The translations under genes and the position numbers were made by a program. Below, piece by piece: positions 1 to 14,563 of a stretch of 64,000 bases of DNA; positions within the stretch are counted from its first letter, which is position 1; each line of letters begins with the position of its first letter. Origin of the DNA: Eledone cirrhosa (lineage: Eukaryota); NCBI GenBank assembly GCA_964016885.1, contig OZ024743.1:274784001-274848000 (forward strand), read 5' to 3'. The notes beneath the pieces are model-generated. The model saw only the letters and a list, made by a program, of their open reading frames with translations. It did no database searches and had not been told where the DNA came from.

Positions 1-1337
<1,337 letters not shown>

Positions 1338-1519
1338 AGGCTGTACGTTTCTCTGGCAACGGTGATGCTAAAACAATGATTACACGTGTGTTATTCCTCG
1401 GAGTTAGGAGTTCTCTATGTATTATATCCATCAATCTCACTAGCTATCTATCTAGCTATTTGTTATCCATATCTATCTCTTTAACTGCCAATCTATCTAT
1501 CTATCTATCTAGCGACTAA

Positions 1520-2040
1520 TTTTTTAAATTGCATTTGTGATAACATTTTACACGTTTTTTTTTTATGTAAACTTCCCCCTTTGTATTTGTCCCTTTCTTT
1601 TGTGCCCCTGTGGCTAATAAATAAACATATCTATCTATCTGTATCTATCTATTCATCCATACCTATCTATTTATCTGCCAATCTATCTATCTATCTATCT
1701 ATCTATTCATCCATATCTATCTATGTATTTATCTATCTAATCTATCTATCTATCTAACTACCTTCTCTCTATATCGGCCTGTAGGTTGAGGAAAAAGAGG
1801 AAGAGAGGAAAGGGGTACTCACTCTTCGTACTCCTGGAGATGAGGGTTGCACATTTTTTTCGGGGGTATGTGTTACCCATATGAAATGTCTACCCCTATT
1901 GGGGAAAATCGATTGTTTTTTAAATTGCATTTGTGATAGTATTTTACACGTTTTTATTGTATGTAAACTTCCTCCTTTGTATTTGTCCCCTTCTTTTGTG
2001 TCCCTGTGGCTAATAAAGAAACATATCTATCTATCTATCT
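1520..2040 (+). mobile_element. Two tandem 3' ends of one putative LINE family, each ending AATAAA + (TATC)n
   Basis: A ~110 bp segment 'tttttaaattgcatttgtgata...cctgtggctaataaa.aaacatatctatc' occurs at 1520-1630 and 1916-2026. LINE identity is inferred from the poly(A) signal plus simple-repeat tail. Confidence 0.55.
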
Positions 2041-2117
2041 GTCTATCATCTATTCATATTTATCCATCCAACGTAAATACATTTTCGTTTACTGTATGTC
2101 TCTTTTCTTACCCTCCC

Positions 2118-2154
<37 letters not shown>

Positions 2155-2421
2155 AGTTTCCTCAATACCCGGCTACTTCCCTCCTTCTGTATGGCTCATC
2201 CTTTCCTCTTGTTTATATCTATGGGAAAATCTGTGCGTACGCGCGTATGTGTGATGTCACATTCAACATACGTCTTCATTAAGTATATACTTCTCCTGCC
2301 CCCCTCTCCCTCTCTCCCTCTCTCCCTTTCTCACACACACACACACACACACACAAACACCCTCTCTCTCTTCCCCCTTTATCTCCCTTCCTTCCTCTTC
2401 TTTTCTTTTCCATCTCTCTAT

Positions 2422-2492
<71 letters not shown>

Positions 2493-2628
2493 GCTTTATC
2501 TCCTTTCCTTCCCACCCCTTTTCTTTTCCATCTCTCTATCTCTTTCTCTCTCACTCCGCTTTTTCTTCCTTCCTTCCTCTCCTTTTCTTTTCCATCTCAC
2601 TATCTCTCTCTCTTTCTCTCTCTCTCTC

Positions 2629-2695
<67 letters not shown>

Positions 2696-2825
2696 GCTTT
2701 ATCTCCCTTCCTTCCTCTCCTTTTCTTTTCCATCTCTCTATCTCTTTCTCTCTCCCCTCTTCTCTCCCGTCGCTTCTATTCTCTCCTGTCTGTCAATCAC
2801 GTGTGTATGTGTGTCCATGCCACTG

Positions 2826-3210
2826 TGTGTGTATATGTAAGTGTGCGTACGTCTCTGTGTATATATGTAAGTGTACGTACGTCTCTGTGTATATATGTAA
2901 GTGTACGTACGTCTCTGTGTATATATGTAAGTGTTCGTACATGTCTGTGTACGTACATGTCTGTGTACGTACATGTCTGTGTACGTACATATGTAAGTGT
3001 ACGTACATGTTTATGTATATATGTAAGTGTATGTACGTGTTTGTGTATATATGTAAGTGTACGTATACATGTTTCTGTATATATATGTAAGTGTGTACGT
3101 GCTTGTGTATATATGTAAGTGTACGTACGTGTTTGTGTATATATGTATATGTAAGTGTACGTACATGTTTGTGTATATATGTAGGTGTATGTACGTATTT
3201 GTGTATAAGT
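2826..3210. repeat. ~30 bp minisatellite (gtgtatatatgtaagtgtacgtacgtctct)n
   Basis: Direct tandem copies with drift. Confidence 0.9.
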
Positions 3211-3701
3211 ATATATTTTTAGTCGTTTAGCCCAAGGTCAATCAGCCCTGATCGAGAAAATCTCACACCAAGGCCATTCCAGTCGTGACCATCACCACTT
3301 TTACTTTCTTTTCAGGCATTGATTTTAGGTCATCATGCCATGTGTCTGTTCTTTCTTTATTTTTTTTTTTTTGTTATTTTTTATTAAGTCGTGGTATAAG
3401 GAAGATTCAGCTGCCATGTTTAGCACGTCAAGGGACTACACAGAGGCTCCGATGAGTCTGCTTGTCCAGCCATCTATCTTTTTCACTCTTTCACTCACTC
3501 CCTCTTGGTCTTCTTGGTTCTTTCTTTCTCTTTCTCACTGTTTCTCCCTCCTCTCTCTCAATCTCTCTCGCTTTCCCACAGTCTTTCACTTTCACTCTTT
3601 CTCTCTCCTTTACTCCCTCTCTCTATCATGTGTGGTAGTGATTGTGGGGTTCTGTCTCTCTGAGTATGTGTGTGAATGTGTGTGAATGTGTGTATGTGTG
3701 T

Positions 3702-3733
<32 letters not shown>

Positions 3734-3745
3734 ATGGGTATGTAC

Positions 3746-3870
<125 letters not shown>

Positions 3871-4007
3871 CCTGGCTATCAATCAATTCCTCCATGAGCC
3901 AACAAGGGAGCCTGTCTCTATGTAGTCGTTCGAACTGCTAGAAATAACAGTGAAATCGCCCTCGAATAACGCCTTTATGGTTTGGAAAGCAAGAAATTAT
4001 ATTGGAT

Positions 4008-4290
4008 GAAGGCGCATGGTTTAGTGGTTAGAGTGTTCGGGTCACAATCGTAAAGTTTCCAGTTTGATTGCCAACAACACATTGTTTCCTTGAGCAAGAC
4101 ACTTTATTTCACATTGATCCAGTTCACTCGGTTGGTAAAAAGGGAGTAGTACCTGTAATTCAAAGGGCCAGCCAGGTCACATACTGTGTCATGCTCCCAC
4201 ATCTAGCCGCACGTTGATTTCACGAGTCAGCTGTTTCGTTTGTCGAACAACTGCAACAGTCGTCGTCGTAAGTGACGCAGGCCCTACACA
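4008..4290 (+). mobile_element. tRNA-derived SINE (family starting gaaggcgcatgg.ttagtggttag)
   Basis: A-box-like 'tggtttagtgg' and body 'ccttgagcaagacactttatttcac'. Same family on the minus strand at 7775-7895, 14470-14560 and 51945-52210. Confidence 0.7.
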
Positions 4291-4372
4291 GAGACAGTCA
4301 CACACTCACACACATTGGATAATGAAGCCAATGTTGTCTGAGATACAGATTAGCCGAGAAAATGATGAGACA

Positions 4373-4456
4373 ATAATTGTTTCTACTTTTTGGCACAAGG
4401 CCAGCAAATACCCAGTACATTACTGGTACTTTATTTTATCGACCTCGTAAGGATGA
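4373..4456 (-). mobile_element. 5'-truncated SINE (family S1, tail ...gtagaaacaattat) with 9-bp TSD
   Basis: TSD gacaataat at 4369-4377 and 4455-4463; body matches other S1 copies. Confidence 0.8.
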
Positions 4457-4540
4457 CAATAATGTTCGTATCCTTATTGATTCACGTCCTGTTCGCTTAA
4501 GGCTGTCCTGGGGTTAAACAGTAATAATATGTTCTTATAG

Positions 4541-4730
4541 ATAATTGTTTCTACTTTTGGCACAAGAGCAACAATTAACCCAGTGCATTACTGGTACTTT
4601 ATTTTGTCGACCCTGTAATGATGAAAGGCAAAGTTAACCTCGGCGGATTTGAAATCAGACCGTAAAGGGGCGTGACTCTATGCTGCAAAGCATGGCGTTC
4701 GACCCTCTACCGATACTGCCAATGCAACCG
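4541..4730 (-). mobile_element. Full-length tRNA-derived SINE, family S1
   Basis: Minus strand: A box 'tggcagtatcgg', degenerate B box 'gatttcaaatcc', body 'gttaactttgcctttcatc', 3' end 'gtagaaacaattat'. Confidence 0.85.
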
Positions 4731-4880
4731 CAAAAGAAGATCTGTCTGCAAGTGAAGTTCCTGTCCAAATCGGCAAAGTCTAGGTAGCTTTAAATAAATT
4801 ATCAACGGCCTGGAAAGCTTCCATTGAAGTTGAAATATAATTTCTTTCAAGTTGTTATGCCATCAGTTCTGTTATATGGA

Positions 4881-5080
4881 TGTAGAACACCTTGGGAAGA
4901 TGTACAGCGCCTTGAAAAGATATACAACACCTTGGAAAGATGTACAGCGCCTTGAAAAGATGTACAACACCTTGGAAAGATGTACAGCGCCTTGAAAAGA
5001 TGTACAACACCTTGGAAAGATGTACAGCGCCTTGAAAAGATGTACAACACCTTGGAAAGATGTACAGCGCCTTGAAAAGA
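4881..5080. repeat. Minisatellite of 5 x 40 bp (dimer of two related 20-mers) inside the RTE fragment
   Basis: (tgtacaacaccttggaaaga tgtacagcgccttgaaaaga) x5. Confidence 0.95.
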
Positions 5081-5320
5081 AAGTTGGCGGAACCTATACA
5101 AAAATGCTTCGAGCTGTTCTAGACATCATCTGAAGGCAACAAACACCCTACGAAATAATTTCTATATGGAAATTTATCCCCAATATCACACGTCATCAGA
5201 GAAAGAAGAAGAAGATTCACTAGACATTGCTGAAGAACAAAGGATGATATTATTAGCGACGTTCTTCTTTCAGAACCGAAGCATGGTTAAACAAATGTTG
5301 CTAGACCACATTGCACCTAC

Positions 5321-5510
5321 ATAATTGTTTCTACTTTTGGCACAAGGCCAGCAATTACCCAGTACATTACTGGTGCTTTATTTTATCGACCCCGTAAGAG
5401 TGAAAGGCAAAGTTAACCTCGGCAGGATTTGAACTCAGAACGTAAAGGGCCATCACTCAATGCTGCAAAGCAAGGCGTCTGATGCTCTACCAATATTGCC
5501 AATCCACCGT
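5321..5510 (-). mobile_element. Full-length S1 SINE nested in the RTE LINE, 10-bp TSD
   Basis: TSD cctacataat at 5316-5325 and 5511-5520; A and B boxes on the minus strand. Confidence 0.9.
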
Positions 5511-5709
5511 CCTACATAATGCAACTATGCGAGGATTCTGTGCAACCGAGAAGACCCACCATGAGCAATGACAGACCAAACAGACTGGAGAGAATGAGTC
5601 TTGGCGATCCGTGCAATAAGCACACGCCGATGATAATGATGAGATAATGTAGTATACTCAGAAGCAGAAAATAACAGTAAATACAGTCGGTTGTTATAAA
5701 TAGCTTAAA

Positions 5710-5893
5710 CGGGGTTTCTCAAACTATTTCAAACGCGGAACCCGTTTTGGTTCAGAAACTTTGGGGGGAACCCCAAAGTCTAATACTGTTATATGGTCGT
5801 AATATTAATATACTCCTCTACTTTTTTCACGGAACTGTAAACACTCCTTTGCGGAACCCTTGGGCCCAGCGGAAGCCATTTTGGTAACCACTG
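5710..5893. mobile_element. hAT (Charlie-like) MITE
   Basis: Imperfect TIRs 'cggggtttctcaaac' / 'ttttggtaaccactg', repeated internal 'ggaaccc', and similar flanks agcttaaa / ggcttaga. Confidence 0.6.
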
Positions 5894-6190
5894 GCTTAGA
5901 AAATCGGGATAAAAAATCCCTTATAGTTAGAAAATAGTTGCCAGCGCCGCTACGAGTAATCAAACCTCATATCTCTCAGATAGCCATTGAGTTAAGGGTT
6001 CAACTTCTTTCCGTCTACAAAGTGTCTTTTCCGATTTTCTAAGCTACTTATAGCAACATACTGTGTTTACATTTACTTCTGCGTCTGAATTTCCTACATT
6101 TTCTATGAACTTCATAATCCCTCAGTGCTCGAATGTTCGAACTCAGAATATAAGAATATATTCTTATATATATATATATATACGAGAATA

Positions 6191-6236
<46 letters not shown>

Positions 6237-6321
6237 TATTTATAAAATATCATGTCGAGTGATTATTTTATCAATCCCTGTTTATCGAAATGCTAAGTTA
6301 TGGATATAAACAGTAAGCGTA

Positions 6322-6378
<57 letters not shown>

Positions 6379-6382
6379 AACA

Positions 6383-6460
<78 letters not shown>

Positions 6461-6518
6461 CACAATCGTACTCACACACAAACACACATTCGTACACACG
6501 CATATATATATATATTAA

Positions 6519-6675
6519 TACGACGGGCTTCAACGCAGTCTCCGTCTTCCATATTTCACTCATATGGCATGAGTAAACTGTAAGCTGTAATAGAAGACAC
6601 CTGCCAAATGTACTACACTGCGTGACAGAACTCGAAACTACGCAGTGCGAGGCGAACTCCTTAACCACATAGCCA
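6519..6675 (-). mobile_element. tRNA-derived SINE (family atggct.tgtggt...gaagcccgtcgt)
   Basis: Minus strand starts 'atggctatgtggttaagg' and ends 'gaagcccgtcgt' + (AT)n. Related copies at 46898-47052, 53653-53806 and 58556-58712. Confidence 0.75.
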
Positions 6676-6710
6676 TCCTTGCTCTTAAATCTGCTTGCTA
6701 TCCACCCCCC

Positions 6711-6846
<136 letters not shown>

Positions 6847-7019
6847 ATATATATATAAATTATATATATATATATATATATATACAAATTTTAGTACAGC
6901 ATTGACGAAGCTTTAGTTCGCGGCTAAGCCAACGAATGGAAATTCGAAATGTAGCTTTAGCACTCGAATGGGAATAGTACCCCAGAGTAATAACAATACG
7001 TTTAGACAGCTTAGCAAAT

Positions 7020-7082
<63 letters not shown>

Positions 7083-7677
7083 TTTTCACTCTCTATCAAC
7101 CGATATGCATTTTTTTATTTCACTCGAGTCTCCCTCTCTCTGCCTCTCACCCAGCACATGTTCGCATGTTTAAACATGCCTATGCTATTTATACAGGCAA
7201 GAACATAGCGGTACAGGTAAACTTGTAGTTATGAAAACAGCTATTTTGAAGGGAGACCACTACCCTCAACCTCACATTGTTCTATTCTGTCTTGTTAAGT
7301 GTATGTACATCATGTACAGTACATGTACTTGAATGTAGCCGTAATCCATAAATAAATCATATGCAGAGTATTTAGCGCTGTAGGGTAGCTCAACAGTGTA
7401 CCCTCCTGTCTTCCAGTTACGCACCCCATTTTCTCAAATAAAATATTTTCATCTTAAAATTTGGCAAACGGTCCACACTAAGAAAATTACTAAGCCTGCA
7501 TTTCCTACTACACAGTCAATATTCACCCACGCCAAAGGACCCTCTCCACCACTTTGGATATTACCACAAGGTTTCTACGCGGCAAGATGTGATTCATTTG
7601 GTAATCGCCGGAAATGATTAAATATTTGAATTAATAAACGACGACGGCTGACAAGATCCCACACTTCATTCACTTAC

Positions 7678-7766
7678 CGAGTCGGGTGGAGCTCGTCAAA
7701 TCGGACCAAGGAAACAATGTTTCCATTGGTCTTTCCATTGTTGATACTATCTACTGGTCGCAACTC
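7678..7766 (-). CDS. Candidate 89-nt internal exon of an unidentified host gene
   Basis: Minus strand acceptor 'ctctttctgccag|' and donor '|gtaagt'. Only one frame is open (ELRPVDSINNGKTNGNIVSLVRFDELHPTR); no homology recognised. Confidence 0.25.
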
Positions 7767-7774
7767 CTGGCAGA

Positions 7775-7895
7775 AAGAGCAACGTGAAATAAAGTGCCTT
7801 GTTGAAGGACATAACGCTTCGCCCAGTCTGGGAATCGAATCGCAACCTCACAATTGCGAATCCAATTCTCTAACCACTAAGCCACATGCCTTCAC
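7775..7895 (-). mobile_element. tRNA-derived SINE 5' part
   Basis: Minus strand 'gtgaaggcatgtggcttagtggttag...ttcgattccc', same family as 4008-4290. Confidence 0.7.
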
Positions 7896-8225
7896 TGAAT
7901 TGAAATACAAATTTGTAAGAAACCATGATCTTTTATGGTTCGATAGTATGTCTCTCTGCGGTGGGCGCGCTCTGGGAGACTGCTTAGTTAGCCTTAATGG
8001 AAGCACCGCTTCTGATTCTATGTATTCATAACTGATTATTAAAATATTTAATGAACAGCTGTGAAATTAAGCCTACATTTCACAGCTGGCGTGGGCGTAT
8101 TACCAACCTTCGGGAATTATATTTTGCATTTAGCCTCGACCTACCACTAGCGTTAGTTATCTTACTTTTTATTGCCACACACAATCGACATATAATTTCT
8201 TTCTCCTTTCTTATATCTAATTGAC

Positions 8226-8343
<118 letters not shown>

Positions 8344-8413
8344 TATACATATATATATATAATATATACACATATATATACATATATATATATAATATAT
8401 ACATATATATATA

Positions 8414-8468
<55 letters not shown>

Positions 8469-9109
8469 ATTTCTTCATCTTGTCAGATGATAACAATTAC
8501 CTCAATCTCTACATCCTACATTCCCACATCCTACATTCCCACATCCCTACATACTCCTATGTGCACGGGGATGACATTTCAATCCACCAACAAATGGCAA
8601 GATCAAGATCAGACCTTCAAGTAGTGACAATACTTCAACATAGAACACCTCAGCACAGATGACTGGAGAACAGTGACTGCTCCCGAGGTCACGAAACTAC
8701 AGAAGTGGCGGTATTTTGCTGGCGCAAATTTGCGAGACATCCCAATAGCTGCAGCAATAGATCTATGTTTATATTATGCTAAGAATTTAAAGTCCCAGCT
8801 TGCATTGGCTAGACAGATAAAATGACAGATGCGAAGATCACAAAAGAGCCATCTATACTTAAATCATGGATTATAATGACAAATGCTTGTACAAAATGAG
8901 TGCAAGTCTTTCTAAGTTTCAGTGATTATTATCTGATAACAAGCATAAGGAAAATGACCAGTAATCAGGTAAACCACGTGTTTCACTTCAGAGTGTCCTT
9001 CTCTTATAAGAATGTACTAACAACAACCCGTAGTTTTTCACTCCTTACTGTGCGCCTTGACACTATCCAAGGGAATTTCTGAGTTCCGGCACACAACTGG
9101 ATTGTCATA

Positions 9110-9310
9110 ATTATGACTAGAGTCCCATCTACCCTGTTTTTGAAATCAGAATAACCTTTCTCCTAGACAAAGTGCCACTCAAGGCTGACGAGTTTTATTT
9201 TCCCGGATCAATTGATTTTAAGGCGCCAGTAACTCACCTTTGCTTCTTCTCCTTGTCAGTTCCAAAGATCGCCATTAAGTGCTTGATGGGGTTCAACAGC
9301 TAATACCCTT
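9110..9310 (-). mobile_element. RTE-type LINE 5' region fragment
   Basis: Minus strand 'gtctaggagaaaggttattctgatttcaaa' resembles the motif 'ctaggagaaggaaaactctga' in the RTE-derived elements at 22.4-27.2 kb. Confidence 0.45.
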
Positions 9311-9319
9311 CAAATCAGA

Positions 9320-9983
9320 ATGTTTCTTCCGGAATTGTATTCAGCTCCACTATTGCAGTTCACATCATGTTCTCTCGGCTCTCAAAGCGGAAGCTTTTGG
9401 GGGTATCTTCATATTTGTAAACAACCAGAAGTCAGAAGGAACCATGTCTGGAGATCATGGAGTCTGGTAAATGAGCTAAATGCTTTTCTTTCCTAAAAAA
9501 AACTTGGATCAGCTGCAATGAATGAACTCGGGTGTTGTCATATTGCAGCTACCAGTTTTCTTGGGCCCAAAGATCCGGTTTCTTGCACCGAAATGCATCA
9601 CGGAGATATCGGAGAATTTCCTGACAGTATTCCTGTATAACTGTTTCGCCTTCTGGAGCGTATTCCTGATGCACAACACTTTGCTCAACACCAGACATGT
9701 TTTTTATGCCTCTGCGACGTTGGGTTCTTTCACAATAATGACTGAGCTTTGGTTTCCCAGTTGTACCCGTAAATCCGCGTCTTATCTCCAGTTATCACGG
9801 TATTCCAGATCTGAGGATCCTTGTTGGCAGCATCAAGCAAAATGAAAAAAAGTGATGAGTAAACAGTACGACACTTTAAACACTGGATGCTACGCGTGCC
9901 CATAAACGATTCTGCGATTTGATTCTGCACGTCATTGCATCCCACGGGAAAAAACGTTGGATACTTTTTTGACAAACCTCGTA
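9320..9983 (-). mobile_element. Internally deleted mariner (DD34D-type) transposon, transposase pseudogene
   Basis: Minus strand motifs ITGDKTRIYGYNWETKAQS (cf. ITGDETW..YDPETK.QS), QYDNTRVH (cf. HHDNAPAH) and P*SPDMVPSDFWLF (cf. PYSPDLAP.DF.LF). One TIR 'tacgaggtttgtcaaaaaagtatcc' ends at TA 9982-9983. Confidence 0.9.
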
Positions 9984-10190
9984 TTTGTATCGAAATACAC
10001 GGAGAATGCATCTTAACACAGGAATCCACTAGAGTGCTCTATAAATTAGGTTTAGCCTACTATAATGTAATGTAATAAAACACGGACTAACTGAATCAAG
10101 AAAACATTAAGACATATTTATCTCAACGTATGTATATGGCTTGAGTTGTTTTGTTCTTTACCCAGTTTGTCTACATATTCTCTCTATAAA

Positions 10191-10223
<33 letters not shown>

Positions 10224-10370
10224 GAAAAGATTCAGGACCCCGACGGCTGAACTCCAGTAGTTTCCTATTACCCACTCTACTACCCCAAGTATCGACTACG
10301 CTGGTGTGTTATAGTCCACCTGGATTTTTACCACACCCTATTTGATATATATATATATATGTGTGTATGT

Positions 10371-10408
<38 letters not shown>

Positions 10409-11377
10409 AACAAACAGCTGAAGTATACGTTAAATGCATATCTGTATGTGCACAGTGCATATTTTAGTAGTACTCAATAAAGGATGTACTAATTTGCATA
10501 TCTTTAGAAGTAAAATATATGGAACACTCTACTTTCTTCGTCTTGCAGCAATAAACTTGTGGTATTTTACAAAATGGACAAAGTTAAGAAATAGACTGTC
10601 TGTTGAAGCCAACCTGTAATTTCCATTTTATTCCCTTACGTTAAATGTGTCTAAATATGTGTGTGTATATATTAGGCATGAGTCTGCGAGTGCATATGTG
10701 GTGTGTCTGTGCGCGTGTGTGTGGGGGGGGGGGGGGGAGGTATATGTGTGTGTGTGTGTGAGCGAGTACGTGGCGAAATTTATAATTGATTCGTCCATAC
10801 TATATATATATATATATATATAGTATATATATATATGGGCGTTTTGTGGGTGTATTTATGTATATATATGTATACACGAAGATGCATATATATGTGTATA
10901 TATATATATACGAACTTACATGCATACAAAGCTACATACATATATACATACATACATACATTCAGAGATATATATATATTTGTATATTTATATATATAAT
11001 TACATTTTCTATATTTTTATGTATGTGCATGTTTTTAAGTGAGAGAATGTATAAAGTATGTTTATCTGTATGTAGGTCCCTATGATATATACAAGTATTT
11101 AATATATATGTAAATATTTATAATTGATAATTTAATAAAGTTATTTTTGCGTGTTAATGTGTATGTGTCGGTATTTATTGATTCAAAGTATGTGTGTATG
11201 CATGTTTTACATACTTACAGACATACTTGCATATATGTGTGTATATATGTATGTATATACATATATGTATGTATGGATGTATGTGAAATGAGTAAAAACA
11301 TTATTTTCCATGTATGTTTATAAATGTATGCATAATTGATTGATAGACAGGAAGATAAACTGTCAGAAAAGGTCAAG

Positions 11378-11599
<222 letters not shown>

Positions 11600-11657
11600 C
11601 TACTACCTTGATTAAATCTTAACCATTTACCATGTAAGGGTATGTCATGTATCATTT

Positions 11658-11724
11658 TATTTTATCTGATGAGGACGTACTGTTGAACTTAATTCAGTAC
11701 CTCTGAAATATGTATAATAAAATA
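11658..11724 (+). ncRNA. Minimal type-I hammerhead ribozyme (intact core)
   Basis: Stem I tattttat/ataaaata, CUGAUGA 11666-11672, stem II gga.gtactg/cagtac.tct, GAAA 11705-11708, near-palindromic stem III tatgta, AUA cleavage after 11716. Confidence 0.8.
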
Positions 11725-11764
11725 TAATTGATCACAAGAATATCTATTTTGTTAATATTTGGAA

Positions 11765-11885
<121 letters not shown>

Positions 11886-12123
11886 GGCGGGCGGAGAGAG
11901 AAATGAGAGGCAAATAAACAATCAGATATATAGATATACAGATTGGTACATAGATAAAATATATACCGACAAGTATATATATATGTGTGCGTGTGTGTGT
12001 GTGTGTGCGTGCGTGCGTCTGTGTGTGTACAATATAGAGAGGATAAACACAGTAGAGTGTGTTTTCATTTACAGGATTTATATTACAGGGTTATACGCGA
12101 CTCCTTTACTCCTTTGTTTTACT

Positions 12124-12250
<127 letters not shown>

Positions 12251-12330
12251 CTACCATTAAACCCCGGCATTGCTCGGGATCAGTAAGTTACCAAAGTTAG
12301 GTTGCACCACCCATTTTATGGCACCACTTT
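12251..12330 (-). mobile_element. Helitron 3' terminus fragment (extent uncertain)
   Basis: 'a|ctac' (degenerate CTAG) followed by hairpin cccg-gcattgct-cggg, same layout as the ends at 15788 and 54967. Confidence 0.45.
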
Positions 12331-12545
12331 TTTGTCTGCCAGGCACTGGGTGAATGAATTGCAGACCTGGACTGCCGAAGCAGGAGCTGCGCCAGCAGTG
12401 ACAATTGTAGTTTCGCCTATGGATATTATCTCTGTACAAAGAAGTGTTGAAATTTATTGTTTCACAGTACTTGCGCAACACGCGCGTAGACGATGCCAGC
12501 CGAACAACAGAGCTGCGATGGAGTTGTTCTGCATAGTTGTCTAAT

Positions 12546-12822
12546 GTGTGTTTTCTAAATTTAAGACAGTAGGGAGGGGTGTGATATGCGGGAGAGTTAG
12601 CTGCTGTTTCTAGTAGGTTTAGTGACCTCATAGAGGATATGTGTTTTTTAAAATTTAAGACAGTAGGGAGTGGTGTGATATGGGGAGAGTTAGTTGCTGT
12701 TTCTAGCAGGTTTAGTGACCTCATAGAGGATAGGTTTTCTAAATTTAGACAGTAGGAAGGGGTGTGATATGGGGGAGAGTTAGCTGCTGTTTCTAGTAGG
12801 TTTAGTGACCTCATAGAGGATA
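12546..12822. repeat. Tandem triplication of a ~92 bp SINE-like segment
   Basis: Three copies of 'aaattt(a)agacagtagg...ggagagttag.tgctgtttctag.aggtttagtgacctcatagaggata'. Confidence 0.9.
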
Positions 12823-13330
12823 TTATTGTGTATAGTAAATAAACTGATACTTCTTTCTTCCACGTTCGTTGAGAGGTTTTAAAAAAGATTTATCGCTATT
12901 TTTTTTGTTGTTGAATAAATTTATCTGTTGCCTTTGAATAATTGTTGTTTTTTATTAAATGTAATAAGTTCTCTTTGTCATTGAAGTAAATAAATGTTTG
13001 ACTGTTCCACACTCTCTTCTCTTTCTCTTTGGCGTTTCTAAAGGAAGTTTGTAAGCATGTATGTAGTTTTATCGAATTTTAAGGGGAGTAGAGAGAGGAA
13101 ACAGATTGTATTAGAGGGGTAAAGCGTCATGTATTTAGTTTTATCGATTATTTCCGTAATTGTGGGTGAGTTTGAATGAAATAAATAGTCGTTGACCTAA
13201 GTAAGACCATTTACAACATTCTTACAGACTTTGAGTCGAATTGGTTTGAAATTGTGAAAATGTATAAACATGGAACAGGCACACAACACACACACACACA
13301 CAACAACAACAATCTGCCTTTTATAGATAA

Positions 13331-13404
<74 letters not shown>

Positions 13405-13570
13405 ATAATAATAATAATAGTAATAATAATATATATATATATATAAACCGGAGTTTTTTCCGTATAATCCCATTTTAATTTAATTCAACTTAATATTTAT
13501 TTACATTAAATACAAAACCAATATCCCTCATAACTCATTAGAACAATTATCTATAACATGATATACCCAT

Positions 13571-13749
13571 GTGGTTTGGCAGTATCGGTAGAGCGTCAGA
13601 CACCATGTTTTGCAGCATAGTTATGGCCCTTTGCGTTCTGAGTTCAAATCCGCCGAGGTTAACTTTGCCTTTCATCCTTACGAGGTCGATAAAATAAAGT
13701 ACCAGTGGTGCACTGGGGTAATCGCTGGCCTTGTGTCAAAAGTAGAAAC
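13571..13749 (+). mobile_element. S1 SINE
   Basis: A box tggcagtatcgg, B box gagttcaaatcc, 3' end gtagaaac then (ATTT)n. Confidence 0.85.
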
Positions 13750-14189
13750 TCTATTTATTTATTTATTTATTTATTTATTTATTCATGTATTTATTTATGT
13801 ATTTATTTATTTATTTATTTATTTATCTACTTATAACAGAAGAAAAATATTATATTATAAACAAGTTTTAAACAACTAATAATCGTAAATACACTTACTT
13901 TTAAGACATATACTTAGAATATATTTCCCTTAAATTAATGTTATATGAATTTTATTCATCTCTTGTTTCTTTCTTCTCTCTCTCTAGCACTATCTTATCC
14001 TCTCTTCCTATTTCTCCTCTCTCTCCATAGTCGTTTAAATAAACGGTTGTTTTTCAATTATTTACATATTCATTTGCATATTCACACATAAGTTTTAAAA
14101 ATCCCTAATATATTTCCACTATCCAATGAATTTCCAACCGATAAGGTATGATTTTCATGGGTATGTCTCTATTTATAAAACAAACTTTG

Positions 14190-14252
14190 TATTTTATCTA
14201 ATGAAAGCGTATCAATGTGTCTTGGTACCCTTGAAATATATATAATAAAATA
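14190..14252 (+). ncRNA. Hammerhead ribozyme relic (core G5->A, probably inactive)
   Basis: tattttat-CUAAUGA, stem II aag.gtatcaa/ttggtac.ctt, GAAA-tatata-ta-ataaaata. Downstream sequence is shared with the copy at 30943. Confidence 0.7.
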
Positions 14253-14294
14253 AATATGGTTTTATAAATATAGTTTCCATTTATTGAATATCAT

Positions 14295-14368
<74 letters not shown>

Positions 14369-14563
14369 CATGGCCATGGGACTTGCACCTAGAAAGTTTC
14401 CCTCCGAGGAACAAGTCCGGGCAAGGTTGTGTGTGGTTGTTGTATAATGAAAAGGCAGCCTGAGACGAATAACGTCGTTACTCATTTCAACAGCTGAATA
14501 AACTGGAGCAACGGGAAATAAAGTGTCTTGCTCAAGAACACAACGCATCACCCCGTCCGAACG

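Larger units (their letters stand above)
4735..5640 (+). mobile_element. Degenerate RTE-clade LINE, RT C-terminal region and 3' tail
   Basis: Hand translation gives SVLLYGC, GTYTKMLRAVLDI, LYGNLSPISHVIRERRRRFTRHC*R and DVLLSEPKHG, with stops and frameshifts. (GAT)n-like tail at ~5629-5640; interrupted by a SINE. Confidence 0.85.

Noticed and set aside
4008-4080. tRNA gene
   Set aside because: Degenerate tRNA-derived SINE head continuing into a SINE body; no cloverleaf.
4881-5080. Alternating 20-mers resembling a repeat-spacer array
   Set aside because: Pure tandem repeat without unique spacers.
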